A stretch of 64,000 nucleotides of DNA from an uncultured Holophaga sp. (GCA_963664825.1 OY761614.1:160001-224000), one strand, 5' to 3'; numbered from the stretch's first letter, positions 1 to 10,737 are shown. Numbers and translations: made by a program. The notes: generated by a model not told the origin, from the sequence alone.

Positions 1-286
1 CGCCCTGCGCCCCCTCGTGATCCTCAAGCGGATCTTCCAGCGGCTGCCCAGCGCGGACGGAAAACGATTCTTCGAACGGCTCTTGAGCCTGGGCACCACC
101 GCCCGCATTCGCGGCGTCCCCTACTTCGACTGGCTGCTCAAGGCCCTCCACGCTGCCCAATCGAATCAGCCCCTACCGGCACTGGAACCGGCCTGAGGCT
201 GGCAGGACAAGCGGTACATCACCAGCCCATCACGGGTGGCTGCCACCGGCCTACGCGGTCACAGGAACAAGGGGGTGAATCGATAC
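1..286 (+). mobile_element. Right end of an IS66-family insertion sequence (ISBst12-like end), partial
   Basis: Transposase C-terminus at 2-196, then GGGGGTGAATCGATAC ending at 286, which resembles the ...TGAAnnGTTAC terminus of IS66/ISBst12-type elements. The adjacent host gene turns into unrelated sequence exactly at 286/287. Confidence 0.7.
2..196 (+). CDS. tnpC: IS66-family transposase, C-terminal fragment
   Basis: Manual translation ALRPLVILKRIFQRLPSADGKRFFERLLSLGTTARIRGVPYFDWLLKALHAAQSNQPLPALEPA* matches the IS66 C-terminal pattern (ER)ALRPxV..R...S..G......SL..Ta...Gv....wL. Confidence 0.8.
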   Translation, partial: ALRPLVILKRIFQRLPSADGKRFFERLLSLGTTARIRGVPYFDWLLKALHAAQSNQPLPALEPA

Positions 287-545
287 CTTCCTCCTCCTGT
301 TTCCTCCGGGCCTGCCAGCGTTCCCAGTATTCCAGGCTGAGATCCGCGGGCGGCCTCGGATCCTTGGGATCAACGAGCCTCAGGGAGATTTCCTCGGGCC
401 CTGCGGCGTTCCAGCCCCCCAAGGGCGTCAGGATCTCCAGGCGGCCATTCCTGGGATTCGCCTTCCAGAAGAAGGGGGACGAGGCCTGGCCTTGGCACGG
501 CAGGGCCAGGAGCAGGCCGAGGGCCCAGATCCGGGGATGGCGCAC
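287..545 (-). pseudogene. Secreted protein, paralog of 547..1410, truncated by IS66
   Basis: Signal peptide, then RLEILTPLGGWNAAGPEEISLRLVDPKDPRPPAD, which aligns with RLEVQPDLGGWMTEGRQELRIKLVDPKDPDPPKD of the upstream gene. After QEEEG the frame reads into the IS end and stops at 219. Confidence 0.75.
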
Positions 546-546
546 G

Positions 547-1410
547 TTAGCTCTCGATGTCCACGGTGCCCAGTGTCGCGGATCCCGCGCCGGGCAGCAT
601 CAGGCGCTCGAAGCGCCAGTGCCGCTCCCGGTCCGTGCCCCCATCGAGAATGGCCTCGACCACCACGCGGAAGGGCTTGCCGCCTCGGTATCCGCCGGTC
701 CATCGCAGCGTGAAGGTACCGGCGGGCGGGTTCGGGTGGCTGTAATCGCTATTCCAGTCCAGGGTGCCACCGGAGGTCGTGCGCCGCCCGCGGACAGCCA
801 GATCGCCATTGGGCTCCAGGATCTCCAGGCCGCCGCCCCATTCGTCGTCGTCCCCCCGGACGCGGAAGATCCGCAGCCGCGTGCGGTTTTGGAAGGTCCA
901 CCAACTCCGCAGGAGGCGCACGCCTGAATCCGGCTCCAGGATCTCCAGGCGGTTCTCGCCGTTCTGGGAGGCCACGCTGAAATCGCAGCGATGGCCCACC
1001 TGCGCCTCCAGTGTGCTGGAGACGCCATTGAACCACACGAGCAGGCGGCGCTGCCTCCAGGCGTTGCGGCGCGTCATGTCCTCCCGATCCAGGCGCTCCC
1101 GTTTGAGCTGATCGGCACTCTTCGGGGTGCCCTCCTCGCCTTCGCTCTCGTCGAACTCGCTCTCGAAGCCGCTCCAGCGGGCCTCATCCTTGGGCGGATC
1201 GGGGTCCTTCGGATCCACTAGCTTGATGCGGAGTTCCTGCCTTCCTTCCGTCATCCATCCGCCCAGATCCGGCTGGACTTCCAGGCGCCACAGGGAGAGA
1301 TCCGGCGCGTAGATCGGCGCTTTCACTTTCGAAGCTGCGGCCTTCGGCTGCGCCGGGAGCGGAGAAGCGAGGAGCGCGACCACGCAAAGCATCGCTAGGT
1401 CGCACCTCAC
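547..1410 (-). CDS. Secreted alpha-2-macroglobulin-operon accessory protein (YfaP/DUF2135-like)
   Basis: 287-aa ORF with signal peptide and 4-bp overlap with the A2M gene. C-terminal half (LEILEPNGD...GGTLD...YSHPNPPAGTF) resembles YfaP; family assignment rests partly on operon context. Confidence 0.6.
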   Translation of the reverse strand: MRCDLAMLCVVALLASPLPAQPKAAASKVKAPIYAPDLSLWRLEVQPDLGGWMTEGRQELRIKLVDPKDPDPPKDEARWSGFESEFDESEGEEGTPKSADQLKRERLDREDMTRRNAWRQRRLLVWFNGVSSTLEAQVGHRCDFSVASQNGENRLEILEPDSGVRLLRSWWTFQNRTRLRIFRVRGDDDEWGGGLEILEPNGDLAVRGRRTTSGGTLDWNSDYSHPNPPAGTFTLRWTGGYRGGKPFRVVVEAILDGGTDRERHWRFERLMLPGAGSATLGTVDIES

Positions 1411-4400
1411 TTCCCACCCCCTTCCCTTACGGACAGCTCCAGGCCATCACAGGTAGCCCATTGGGTCTCGTTGGACATGAGGCTCAGCTTGGCGGGGCGG
1501 ATGCGGTAGGTGCCCGCCATGGCCGCCCGGAGCAGGATCCGCAGCGTCGGGTGTTCCCAAGGGTAGAGCTTCTGGAAGAAGAAGACGACCTTATCGGGGT
1601 GGACCTCGATGCGAGGCTTGGCCCAGCGGTCGCTGCTATCCCCTTCGGCGAAGGGCTTGCCTTCCAGGACGAAGCCCTCCAGCTTCACGGTGGGGTTGAG
1701 CCCGGCGGGAATAGGCACTTCCAATACCGCATAGTCCGCCACCTGGTTCGAGGCCACCCGCAGTTCCATCCAAGCCTCGTCGCCCACCTCCAGGGCTCCG
1801 GTCCACGGGTCGCGGATCCAACCCTGGCGGGCGTTTCCTGTCTGTTGGGGCGTCCTCAGCCGCCAGATTCGGCGGGAGACATCCATACGGAGGGCCGAAG
1901 ACGCATCGCCCTTCATGGGCGCCCGGGCGCTGCCCGGCACCTGGTAGGCGTAGGTCCAGACCAGGAGCCCCCGGCCCGAGGCCGTGAGGGTGACCGGGCA
2001 GGCCTCCCCCAGGACCTGGTAGCCCAGGCGGGGTTCCTTGGCATTCCAGCGCCGGAAGCTGGGCTTCTCAAGGTGTTTGAAGGACCAGGAAGCCCCGCCC
2101 TGGACGGCTGCGCTGAGATCCAGGCCACCCGCCCAGTCGAACTTCCTGGTTTTCGCTAGGTAGGGCAGCAGGGACACGGCCTGGGAGGTGCTCCAGGTGG
2201 AGCACCAGCCATAGCCCTGGTGCTGGGTGGCCAGGTAGGCCTCGGCCGAGGGAATGGCCGGGGACTGGGGCTTCAGCAGGCAGAGAGCCTTGAGGGCATG
2301 GATGGTGGGCACCACATCGCCGGAAGCATAGCCGTGCCAGTTCTCACGCGGGCCTTCCCAGTGCGTGAGGCCTCCCTTCTGGAGGGCCACCTGTTCCAGC
2401 CGGTTGGCCAGTTCCAGACCCTTGGCGTGGTGCGTCTCCCCAGCGGCCGTGGCGAGCATGGCCAGCACGTGAGATCCGGGCCAGGTTCCGTTTAGCGCCT
2501 TAGCGGCGCTGCTGTTGAGCATCCCCGCGATGGGCTCTCCCGTGGGCGCCAGGCACATCAGCAGGAAGGCCGCGTCGGCGGCGGGATCCAGGGATTCGCC
2601 GTGTTCGCCCTTCCCGGGCGGGGCGACCTTCCTCTCATCGGCGCGCCTAGCCAGTTCCCGGAAGAGATTCAGGGCCTGATGGCGGCCCCGGCGGTAGACG
2701 CCCTCGTCGACTTCATAGCCCAGGCGTTTCATGGCCGCCAGGCTCCAGATGGCGTAGCCCGTCGTGTGCGGGTTGGCCTCCAGGCCGAAATCGTTGGGCG
2801 CGTACCAGCCCCAGCCGCCGTTGGGCTGCTGGTAGCCGTAGACCCGGAACACGCCGTCCCGGATATTGCGGTCCAGGTTGGTCAGATCCTTCCATTCCAG
2901 AGGCGGCATGAGGCCGCGCTTCACGAGATCGGCCGCCAGCACGTTGGGCACAAAGCTCGAAAGCGTCTGCTCCACGCAGCCGTACGGGTATTCCACCAGG
3001 TAGCGCAAGGAGGGCGCCACCAGATGTTCCAGGCCGCCCACGGGCGTCACACTGAGGGAGGCGCCTCCCTTGGCACCCGCAGGGACGGGGATGGTCACGG
3101 AGGCCGAGGAGCCGCTGAGCGAGAGGTATCCGCTGACGGAAGCCGGGATCATCGCTTCCTGCACGGTCACGCTGCGCCGCTCGGCATCCTTCAGGCCTCC
3201 GCCCTCGACACGAGCCGTGATCGTGAGCTGCCCGATCTTATTGGAGAACAGCGGCAGTGCCAGGCGGTATTCGCCCTGGTCGGGAATGGAGAAGGCCATT
3301 TCCGTCGTGCCGCCGAGGCGGCCATTGTTCACTTCCACCTTCACCTTGCCCGTGAGGGCTTGGCCGGAGAGATTGCGCACCTGGGCGATGGCCCGGGCCT
3401 CCTCCCCCACGGAAAGCGTCCGCGGCAGCGTCAGGCTCACCTGGAGCGGCTTGGAGGATGGCCGTTGGGCGCGGCCCACGCCGAGCTTCGTGTCAGAGGT
3501 CACGGCGGTGGCCGTGGCCCTCCAGGCCGTGAGATTATCCGGCAGCACCAGCTCAACCGTGGCCTTGCCGTCGCTGCCAGCGGCCAGGAAGGGCGCCCAG
3601 TGGGCCGTGTCCTTGAAGTTCTGGCGCACCTTGTCGGCGTCGTCGCTCTTGAACTCGCCGCGCTTGGTCTGTTTCAGGCTCCACACGGGGCGCTGGCGGC
3701 GCAGGATATCCCAGAAGCTCCATTCGGTGCTGCCCGTGCGGATCACGCCGTGGCGCCTCGTGGGATGGAAGAAGCGCACGGGGTCCGGGTGCAGCTCGGC
3801 GGAAAGCGCGTAGATGGCCTCGTCCACCACGCCCACACTGAGATCGGCCGCCACGGGGCGGCCTTCAAAATCCCTCACCTGCACAGCCACCTTCATGGGC
3901 TGGCCGGGCTGGTAGCGTTCCCTATCGAGCTTTACATCCACCTGCAGGCGACGATCCATCTTGGGCACGCGGATGGGTACCTCCACCAGCTGGCGGCGGC
4001 CATCGGCCACGATCTGGAAGACGGCCCAGACATTGGGCTGCATGGAGGCCGTGACGGGGATCTCGATGAGGGCCGTCGTGCCCTGCACGGGCCGCGTCTC
4101 GCGCCTACCGAGGGCCTCGTTTTCCAGCGCCCAGTGGAGGGTTAGCTTCGGCTTGGGCAGGCGCACCAGGACGCGGGCCACGTCGCCCACCCGGTACTCG
4201 GCCTTGTCGGCGTTGGCGCGCAGATCGGGCACGGAGGGCAGCGGCGTGCCCTCGGAGGCCACGGTGATGAGGCGTTGGGCCGTGACGGGCCGCCCCTGGC
4301 TATCGCGGGTTTCCGCCATCACCAGGAAGAGACCTCCCTCATGAATCGTCAGGCTGGCCTTGGGACCCGCCACCGTGGCCAGCACCTCGCCAGGCTTAAG

Positions 4401-6200
4401 GGCCGTAGGCCGGGACCACCCGTAGGTGTCCTGCTTGTCGGCCACGATGCGCGTGGCCTTGAGCGTGATGGGCAGGCCCTTGATCTCCCGACCTTCCAGA
4501 TCCAGGGCCCGGGCCGTGGCCTGGAAGGGTTTGCCCGGGCTCGCCACGTTCCGGTCCGTGCCCACCAGGAGCACCAGGTCCCCGAGGCTCGCGCGCACCT
4601 GACAGGTGCCCGAATTTTGCTGGCCGCTGCCATCGGTCACCTTCACAACGAAGCGCCAGAGGCCTTCTTCCGCGGCCTTGAAGGAGGGACTATGGGCCTG
4701 ACCGGCATCATCGAGCTCCAGCTGGCCGCTCTCCATGAGTTCGGGGGCCGGGCCCTCGTCCTCGTCGCCGTCGTACCAGCCGTAAGGATTGCGCCTGGGC
4801 ACGACCTTGTAGAGAAACCATTCGGCCTTGGCCTTGCGCACAGCGGCGCCGTAGAAGTATTTGGCCTGGATGTGGAAGGCCAGGGCGTCGCCCAGGCCCA
4901 CCTTGGACCTGGGGGTAGTGGCCTCCATGGAGAAGGCGGGCTTCACGAAATGTTCCACCTTGAATTCGGCCTGGGCGGGCCCCGTGGGCCCCTGGAATTG
5001 AAAGCGGTAGAGCCCCAGGCGGCCGGTTCCTGGAAGGTGGACGCTGGCGCCGTAGGTGCCCGTCTCGGCGTTCAGGAGCCGGGCCTTGCCCTCGGCCACC
5101 TTCGTATCCTCGGGATCGAGCACCGTGAAGGGAAGTTCGAGAACGCCCTTCACCACCCGGTTTTCGCCATCCTCGACCGTGCGCAGGATGGCCTTGGCGA
5201 AGACATCCTGCCCAGGGCGATAGAGGGGCCGTTCCGTGAAGGCATAGAGCCGCTGGCGCACGCTGGCACTGCCCTGCCCCTCGATGGCGAGCAGCGCGAG
5301 GCTCGCCCCCGACTGGGCCACTACCACGCGGCGCATCCCAGGACTGGCGGGAGTCTCTGCCACACCTTCCGAGTTGAAGCTCAGGGGCTTTAGCGTGGCC
5401 CCCTCATAGAACTGCCCCGATACGCTCCCCCGCAGGGATCCGTCCAGGGCGTTCACAGCCTGCACCCGGAGGCGCGCGCCGTCCTGCTCCCCCAGCAGGG
5501 CCAGGTTCGTCACCAGCCAGGGCACATAGGCCGCCTCCTCCCCCCGAAGGACCTCCAGCAGGTACACGCCGGCCGCCTGGGCGGGCAGCTCCACACGACT
5601 GAGATGCCCGGGTTCGTCCTCGCTACCTTCTTCCTCTTCGCCGCCCTGCTTCCCGGCCTTCTTGGCCGTGATTTCTTCAGTCACCTTGGGCACGATCTCC
5701 GCGATGAAGGTCAGGCCCTTCTGGTCCCCCAGGGGCAGGGCCTCCCCCTCCCGAGGGTTGAGGACGCCTGAACGTCCCTGGTGGAGGCGATCCGTCTGCT
5801 TGGCCACGTCCCGCAGGGCGCGGGTGGCCGTGCGGTGGGCCGTCACGAAGGCCCGGCGCCCACCCCACAAGAAGGCTTCACGCAGGGTATCGAGAGGATC
5901 GCGCCCCCCGCGACCGCCTTCGAAGGCCGGATTGCCCGAGCCCTTGGCCAGGAGCTCCTTCAGGAAGGTCGCAGGATCCTCCAGACGGTGGATGCGTATG
6001 CGCACGTTGGTCGGAATGGGCCCCGCGGCCTCCAGGAAGGCCATGCGCCCCGGCAGCGTGGGCCGCGGCACGGCGAAGGCCCCTGTCCAGCCCCCTTCCC
6101 GCCAGGGAGCTTCCGAGCCCTTGGGCTGGGAGGTCCCCGTGATGGGCAGCAGCAGCGCCACGGGGAGCATGAGCGTGAGGAGGGATCTCAGCCAGCGCAT
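1407..6200 (-). CDS. Bacterial alpha-2-macroglobulin family protein
   Basis: MG2 motif FTERPLYRPGQ, LSVGVVDEAIY, VRQNFKDTAHW, LPDNLTAWRATA and thioester YPYGCVEQT. Start moved to ATG 6200 (MRWLRSLL, signal peptide). Confidence 0.95.
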   Translation of the reverse strand: MRWLRSLLTLMLPVALLLPITGTSQPKGSEAPWREGGWTGAFAVPRPTLPGRMAFLEAAGPIPTNVRIRIHRLEDPATFLKELLAKGSGNPAFEGGRGGRDPLDTLREAFLWGGRRAFVTAHRTATRALRDVAKQTDRLHQGRSGVLNPREGEALPLGDQKGLTFIAEIVPKVTEEITAKKAGKQGGEEEEGSEDEPGHLSRVELPAQAAGVYLLEVLRGEEAAYVPWLVTNLALLGEQDGARLRVQAVNALDGSLRGSVSGQFYEGATLKPLSFNSEGVAETPASPGMRRVVVAQSGASLALLAIEGQGSASVRQRLYAFTERPLYRPGQDVFAKAILRTVEDGENRVVKGVLELPFTVLDPEDTKVAEGKARLLNAETGTYGASVHLPGTGRLGLYRFQFQGPTGPAQAEFKVEHFVKPAFSMEATTPRSKVGLGDALAFHIQAKYFYGAAVRKAKAEWFLYKVVPRRNPYGWYDGDEDEGPAPELMESGQLELDDAGQAHSPSFKAAEEGLWRFVVKVTDGSGQQNSGTCQVRASLGDLVLLVGTDRNVASPGKPFQATARALDLEGREIKGLPITLKATRIVADKQDTYGWSRPTALKPGEVLATVAGPKASLTIHEGGLFLVMAETRDSQGRPVTAQRLITVASEGTPLPSVPDLRANADKAEYRVGDVARVLVRLPKPKLTLHWALENEALGRRETRPVQGTTALIEIPVTASMQPNVWAVFQIVADGRRQLVEVPIRVPKMDRRLQVDVKLDRERYQPGQPMKVAVQVRDFEGRPVAADLSVGVVDEAIYALSAELHPDPVRFFHPTRRHGVIRTGSTEWSFWDILRRQRPVWSLKQTKRGEFKSDDADKVRQNFKDTAHWAPFLAAGSDGKATVELVLPDNLTAWRATATAVTSDTKLGVGRAQRPSSKPLQVSLTLPRTLSVGEEARAIAQVRNLSGQALTGKVKVEVNNGRLGGTTEMAFSIPDQGEYRLALPLFSNKIGQLTITARVEGGGLKDAERRSVTVQEAMIPASVSGYLSLSGSSASVTIPVPAGAKGGASLSVTPVGGLEHLVAPSLRYLVEYPYGCVEQTLSSFVPNVLAADLVKRGLMPPLEWKDLTNLDRNIRDGVFRVYGYQQPNGGWGWYAPNDFGLEANPHTTGYAIWSLAAMKRLGYEVDEGVYRRGRHQALNLFRELARRADERKVAPPGKGEHGESLDPAADAAFLLMCLAPTGEPIAGMLNSSAAKALNGTWPGSHVLAMLATAAGETHHAKGLELANRLEQVALQKGGLTHWEGPRENWHGYASGDVVPTIHALKALCLLKPQSPAIPSAEAYLATQHQGYGWCSTWSTSQAVSLLPYLAKTRKFDWAGGLDLSAAVQGGASWSFKHLEKPSFRRWNAKEPRLGYQVLGEACPVTLTASGRGLLVWTYAYQVPGSARAPMKGDASSALRMDVSRRIWRLRTPQQTGNARQGWIRDPWTGALEVGDEAWMELRVASNQVADYAVLEVPIPAGLNPTVKLEGFVLEGKPFAEGDSSDRWAKPRIEVHPDKVVFFFQKLYPWEHPTLRILLRAAMAGTYRIRPAKLSLMSNETQWATCDGLELSVREGGGK

Positions 6201-6201
6201 A

Positions 6202-7299
6202 TCAGAGCCTTGAGGAGAGGAAAACCGATGGGGGCAAAGGGAAATACTGCGACTGCGGGGAGCAGGCGGTCCCCGCTTCCAGGGACGTTGCGTACGGGCT
6301 CTGCCCGGACACAACGTGGGGGTCAGAGGGGGGACGTAGCGACCGCAGGGCGCAGGCGGTCCCCCCTCTCAGCGTGGTCTCGGCCAGCACCTTCCAGCGG
6401 AAGACGCCCAGGAATGCGGGATTTTCCGGCAGGGGACGGAATTCGGGATCGGGGTGGTGCATCAATTCATCGAGGCGCACCCGGCGAATCTCCCCCTCGG
6501 AGCGGGTGGCGCCGCTCCCCTCGGGACCCGTGTGGTAGAGCAGCATGGGCTGCCCGTCTGGATCGGGGCGCACGAAGGCCATGGCATGGTCCGGCTGGGA
6601 GTGAGCTCCGCCCCGGGCGAAGAAGAGGAGATCTCCGGGCCGGGCGTCCAGGACCTCCCGCCCCAGGGGGACGCAGGCAAGGCGGCGCAGGAAAGTGCCC
6701 CGGGCAAAGGGGTTCCAACCGTCCTCCGTGGGGAAGGCGAAGCGCCAGGGCCCTGCCATGGACAGGCTGGGATCTCCTGAAACGGAAGATCCAGGGAAGG
6801 CCACGCGGTCCCGCCAGGCCTCCGTGTGGGGTCCCCAGGCCTCATGAAAGGCGAAGCGCAGGAGCCCTGCGCAATCCCGTTGAGCGGGCTCCCAGGCGGG
6901 GCTAGGCCCCTCCAACTGCTGCTCCAGGATGGCCACGAACCACTTCCGAAAGGCCTCCCGGTCTCCTTGCTCCAAACCAGAAGAGGCGGCGCCCCCTCCC
7001 GTGGAAGAAATGGACAGAACGTGTCGGAACCGCGGCCAGGCCTGAACGATCACCCTGGCATCCTGAAGGAGAGCCAGGAAGAAACCCTCCCGGGCGCTGC
7101 CCCAGGCCTCGCAGCCCTGCACCCTCGCGCCCCAGGCGGGACGGCGCAGACCCAGCAGGGAACGGCTCTCGAGCGCCACATGTTGAACGGGGTTGCCCTC
7201 GCTGCGCTCGACCCAGGCGCGATGGCGCAAGGGCACGAGGAGTCCGAAGGCCGCCAGCAGGGCCGCGCCGCTCGCGGTGAGTATATGGACGGCCCTCAT
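6202..7299 (-). CDS. DUF1175 (YfaT-like) protein
   Basis: [28 protein letters not shown] and [12 protein letters not shown] are typical of DUF1175; lies directly upstream of the A2M gene. Confidence 0.85.
   Translation of the reverse strand: MRAVHILTASGAALLAAFGLLVPLRHRAWVERSEGNPVQHVALESRSLLGLRRPAWGARVQGCEAWGSAREGFFLALLQDARVIVQAWPRFRHVLSISSTGGGAASSGLEQGDREAFRKWFVAILEQQLEGPSPAWEPAQRDCAGLLRFAFHEAWGPHTEAWRDRVAFPGSSVSGDPSLSMAGPWRFAFPTEDGWNPFARGTFLRRLACVPLGREVLDARPGDLLFFARGGAHSQPDHAMAFVRPDPDGQPMLLYHTGPEGSGATRSEGEIRRVRLDELMHHPDPEFRPLPENPAFLGVFRWKVLAETTLRGGTACALRSLRPPSDPHVVSGQSPYATSLEAGTACSPQSQYFPLPPSVFLSSRL
6249..6369. repeat. REP-like imperfect direct repeat with hairpin inside the DUF1175 3' end
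   Basis: gcgactgcggggagcaggcggtccccgc (6249-6276) vs gcgaccgcagggcgcaggcggtcccccc (6339-6366); agaggggggac...gtcccccctct forms a stem. Confidence 0.5.
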
Positions 7300-9458
7300 T
7301 TCGCCCGCGCCTCGAACCCTGCGGAGGTGAGATCCACCTCGAGGGTCTGCCTCCCGAGGATTCGCAAGGCGCCCAGAAAGGGACCGAAGGTGGAGGCCAC
7401 CTCCGCGGCGGCCTCATCTTCGCTGGGCGCGGGTTCGCCGAACCACCAGATGCGGCCTCCATGCTGGATGCGCAGATAGGCGAGCAGCAGGGCTTCCAGG
7501 TCCCGGGCCACCTTGTCGCCATCGATAGAGACTCGGCCGAAGGCGTTCGAGGGCATATCGGCCAGGGTGGGCGCTTGCCCCAGGAGGCCAGCCATCACGG
7601 CCTGCACGGCCTCGCTATCGCTGCCCAGCACCAGGGTTTCGTTCAGCACGGCGTAGGCAGGCGTGAAGGCCTGTTCCGTCGCGATGCGGTGCACCAGGAC
7701 TCCCTTGGCATATTCGCGGTTCTGAGCCTGCCCCTTGAAGAGCTGGATCCAGAGCTTCCGAATGAGTTCCTCGACCTGAATGGCTCTACCCTTCTGGATG
7801 GGCAGAGCCAGGGCAAGGCTGGGGCTCATACCAGGCTCACCGAAGCCGCCAAAGGCCTGCACCTGGCCCTGGCGCTCCAGACGGGAGGCCTGGGATGGCC
7901 CCTCCTGCTTGAGCTTTCGGAATTCCGTCAGGGCAGCCCGCTGGGCGGCGCTGAGGGGAGGCGGAGGGGTCCAGCCGTTCCAGTAGAAAGCCGCGCCGCG
8001 AAGGTCCAGCAGGCCCTGGAGGACCGCGATCTCGCTCCGCAACCCCTTGCGCGCCACCAAGCGGGCCCGCACCCTCTCCGTCTCGGCCCGGTAATGTTGC
8101 TGCTGCTGGGGCGTGAGGTTCTGCCCCCCGTCGGCGAAGGCCGCCATCCGGGGTTCGGAAAGCGTCTCCTCCCGGTCGATGCGGAGGATGGCGCCCATCA
8201 TGGCTTCCGTCGGACCGGCGCCGAGGGCGGCCGATAGCGCGCCGCTCCTGGGAGCGGCCTTGGCGATGAAGGGATTGGGCCAGGTCTGCTGGGCGAGGCC
8301 CTGCATGCGTCGGCAGAGGGCCAGGCGCTCGAAGGCAGCACCCGCGCCCAGGCGCGGCACGATCCAGAGGGAGAGTTCCGTCTCGGGCCTCAGGGCGGCG
8401 AGAGCCACGCGGCACCACTCCGGGCGCTCACCGAGGGTCACGAAGGCTCCCGGGGAAACGGCGGCCCGCAAAGGGGCTTCCTTATCGCAGATCCAGGTGC
8501 CTTCCGGAGAGGCCCAGAGGTTCAGCACGCCCCCCGAGCCCCTGACCTGGGTTATCTCCTGGCGTCCGCCCCACTTGACCGTGCGGACCCGGGCTCCCCT
8601 GGAGGTGGGGTTGAGCCTCAGCAGTTCCAGCGCCAGTTTGGTGCGGGTGGGCAAGTCACCGGGCATGAAGACCAGGGTTCCCCCCGAGGGGCCCGTTCCC
8701 CGCGCCGTTCCGTAGTGCAGGATCCAAGCCTCGCGCTGGGCCAAGGGTTCCAGCACAACGGAGGACTCCTGGAGCCAGGAGGCCCCATGGCGGAGGAGGA
8801 AACCCGCCCGGGTACCCTGGGCCAGCGCCCCCACCATGCCCGCCTCGCCGCCAGCCAGGGACTGGAGTTTGGCGAGTCCTGGGCGCAGATGTTTCAGGCG
8901 CAGCAGGGCCGAGGGTTGGGGGGCGCGCTCCAGGCCCTTGGGCAGCCACCCACCGCCGTCCAGCTTGGGCAGCATGGCAGGGCTTGGAATCCACTGGAAA
9001 CGCCAGTTTGAGCCGTTAAGGTGAAGGCCGAGCCCATGAGTCCAGGGTCGATCCAGGCGCACCGTGGACTCGAGGTAGGCGTAGGCATCCCGCCCCTGGG
9101 CCTTGAACCCCTTACGGTAAAGGAAGAGCGCCACTTCGTCCCGATCGGAGGCCCTGCGCAAGCCTTCGGAGGCCCACTGTTCCGGGGGGCGTTCTCCCAG
9201 CAGCACCAGGGCCGCTCGGCGCTCCTGCTCGGAGCCCCGCAAGCGCTCCAACAGGCCCTCGGTCTGCTCGGCATAGCCAAGATCAAAGAACTTCACGCCC
9301 TTCCAGATGCGCTGGCCATGGGCGTCGTTGCGGTAGAAGGTCCAGGTCTTCACCGCATCCCAGGCCCAGTTTCCCGTGGCCGGAGTGCCCTGCCCCCAAA
9401 GGCTCAGGGTACAGAGCCCCAGGACGAAGGTCCGCGCCCACCATCCATGCCGCTTCAC
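7296..9458 (-). CDS. Large secreted protein, first gene of A2M operon (positional equivalent of YfaA/MagB)
   Basis: About 720-aa ORF, GTG start after GGAGG, signal peptide, 4-bp overlap with the DUF1175 gene. Function inferred from context only. Confidence 0.6.
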   Translation of the reverse strand: MKRHGWWARTFVLGLCTLSLWGQGTPATGNWAWDAVKTWTFYRNDAHGQRIWKGVKFFDLGYAEQTEGLLERLRGSEQERRAALVLLGERPPEQWASEGLRRASDRDEVALFLYRKGFKAQGRDAYAYLESTVRLDRPWTHGLGLHLNGSNWRFQWIPSPAMLPKLDGGGWLPKGLERAPQPSALLRLKHLRPGLAKLQSLAGGEAGMVGALAQGTRAGFLLRHGASWLQESSVVLEPLAQREAWILHYGTARGTGPSGGTLVFMPGDLPTRTKLALELLRLNPTSRGARVRTVKWGGRQEITQVRGSGGVLNLWASPEGTWICDKEAPLRAAVSPGAFVTLGERPEWCRVALAALRPETELSLWIVPRLGAGAAFERLALCRRMQGLAQQTWPNPFIAKAAPRSGALSAALGAGPTEAMMGAILRIDREETLSEPRMAAFADGGQNLTPQQQQHYRAETERVRARLVARKGLRSEIAVLQGLLDLRGAAFYWNGWTPPPPLSAAQRAALTEFRKLKQEGPSQASRLERQGQVQAFGGFGEPGMSPSLALALPIQKGRAIQVEELIRKLWIQLFKGQAQNREYAKGVLVHRIATEQAFTPAYAVLNETLVLGSDSEAVQAVMAGLLGQAPTLADMPSNAFGRVSIDGDKVARDLEALLLAYLRIQHGGRIWWFGEPAPSEDEAAAEVASTFGPFLGALRILGRQTLEVDLTSAGFEARAK

Positions 9459-9531
9459 GGGAACCTCCGAGATTGCCTGGAAGCATACCAAGGCCTCGAG
9501 AATTTCCCTCCCGTGATGTCAGAATAAAAAA

Positions 9532-10737
9532 ATGAGCGCGAAGCATCTGATCACCAACCTGAAGGGGCTCTTCACACCGGATCCCCGAATCCCCTGGGGC
9601 ACAAACAGGATAGAGGACGCCGCCCTGGCCATCCAGGGAGGCCGCATCACGTGGATGGGACCCCGGGACGAGATGCCCAAAGAATGGGAGGAGGCCGAGG
9701 AAATCGATGGCCAGGGGCGCTGGGCGACCCCCGGTTTCGTGGATCCCCATACCCACCTCATCTTCGGCGGCGACCGCAGCCGGGAATTCAATGAGCGCCT
9801 CCACGGCCTCACCTACGCCGAACTGGCCGCCAGGGGGGGCGGCATCCGGGAGACGGTGCGCGCCACGCGGTTGGCTTCGGTCGAGGAACTCGTCGAGATC
9901 GGCGAGGAACGCCTGCAGAAACTGGCCCGCAAGGGCGTGGTACACGTGGAGGCCAAGACGGGCTACGGTTTGGCCCTGGAGGCGGAATCCCGCCAGCTGG
10001 AGGCCTACGGCGAACTTCAGCGCCGGGGCTGGAGCCTAGACGTCACCCTCATGCCCGCCCACGATCTGCCTCCGGAATTCGCCGGGGATCCCGACCGCTA
10101 CATCCGGGTCGTGGCCGAGGAATGGCAGCCGGAACTGGTACGGCGCTTCCCGGGCGTGGCCCGCTTCTGCGATGTCTTCGTGGAAAAGGGCGTCTTTACC
10201 GTGGAACATGGGCGCCAGATCCTGGAGAGCGGGAAGAGGCTCGGGCTCATTCCCCGCATCCACGCCGACGAGTTCTGCCACACGGGGGGCGCCGAACTGG
10301 CCGCCGATCTGGGCGCGGCCAGCGCCGACCATCTCATGTTCTGTTCCGAAGCCGGAATGAAGGCCATGGCCCAGGCCAATGTGACGCCAACGCTGCTGCC
10401 CGCCACCACCCTCTTCCTGGGCATGCGGGACTTCGCCCCGGCGCGCCAGATGATCGAAGCGGGATGCCGCGTGGCCTTGGCCTCGGACTTCAACCCCGGC
10501 TCCTGCGCCTGCCTGGACCCCTTGTTGATTCTGCGCCTGGGCTGCCTTCAGCTCCGCATGACCTTCGAGGAGGCCTTCACGGCCATGACCCTCCATGCCG
10601 CTCGCAGCCTGGGACGGGAGGACCTGGGCCACCTCCACCCTGGCGCCCTGGCCCGGGTGGCCCTGTGGGACGTGAAGAATCCCCTGGAACTGGTCTACTG
10701 GATGGGCGAGGCCTATATTCCGGCTGTCCTGCCCTGA
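9532..10737 (+). CDS. hutI: Imidazolonepropionase
   Basis: PGFVDPHTHLIFGGDR, GGGI..TV.ATR, EAKTGYGL, HADE, SADHL, ALASDFNPGS. Confidence 0.95.
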   Translation: MSAKHLITNLKGLFTPDPRIPWGTNRIEDAALAIQGGRITWMGPRDEMPKEWEEAEEIDGQGRWATPGFVDPHTHLIFGGDRSREFNERLHGLTYAELAARGGGIRETVRATRLASVEELVEIGEERLQKLARKGVVHVEAKTGYGLALEAESRQLEAYGELQRRGWSLDVTLMPAHDLPPEFAGDPDRYIRVVAEEWQPELVRRFPGVARFCDVFVEKGVFTVEHGRQILESGKRLGLIPRIHADEFCHTGGAELAADLGAASADHLMFCSEAGMKAMAQANVTPTLLPATTLFLGMRDFAPARQMIEAGCRVALASDFNPGSCACLDPLLILRLGCLQLRMTFEEAFTAMTLHAARSLGREDLGHLHPGALARVALWDVKNPLELVYWMGEAYIPAVLP

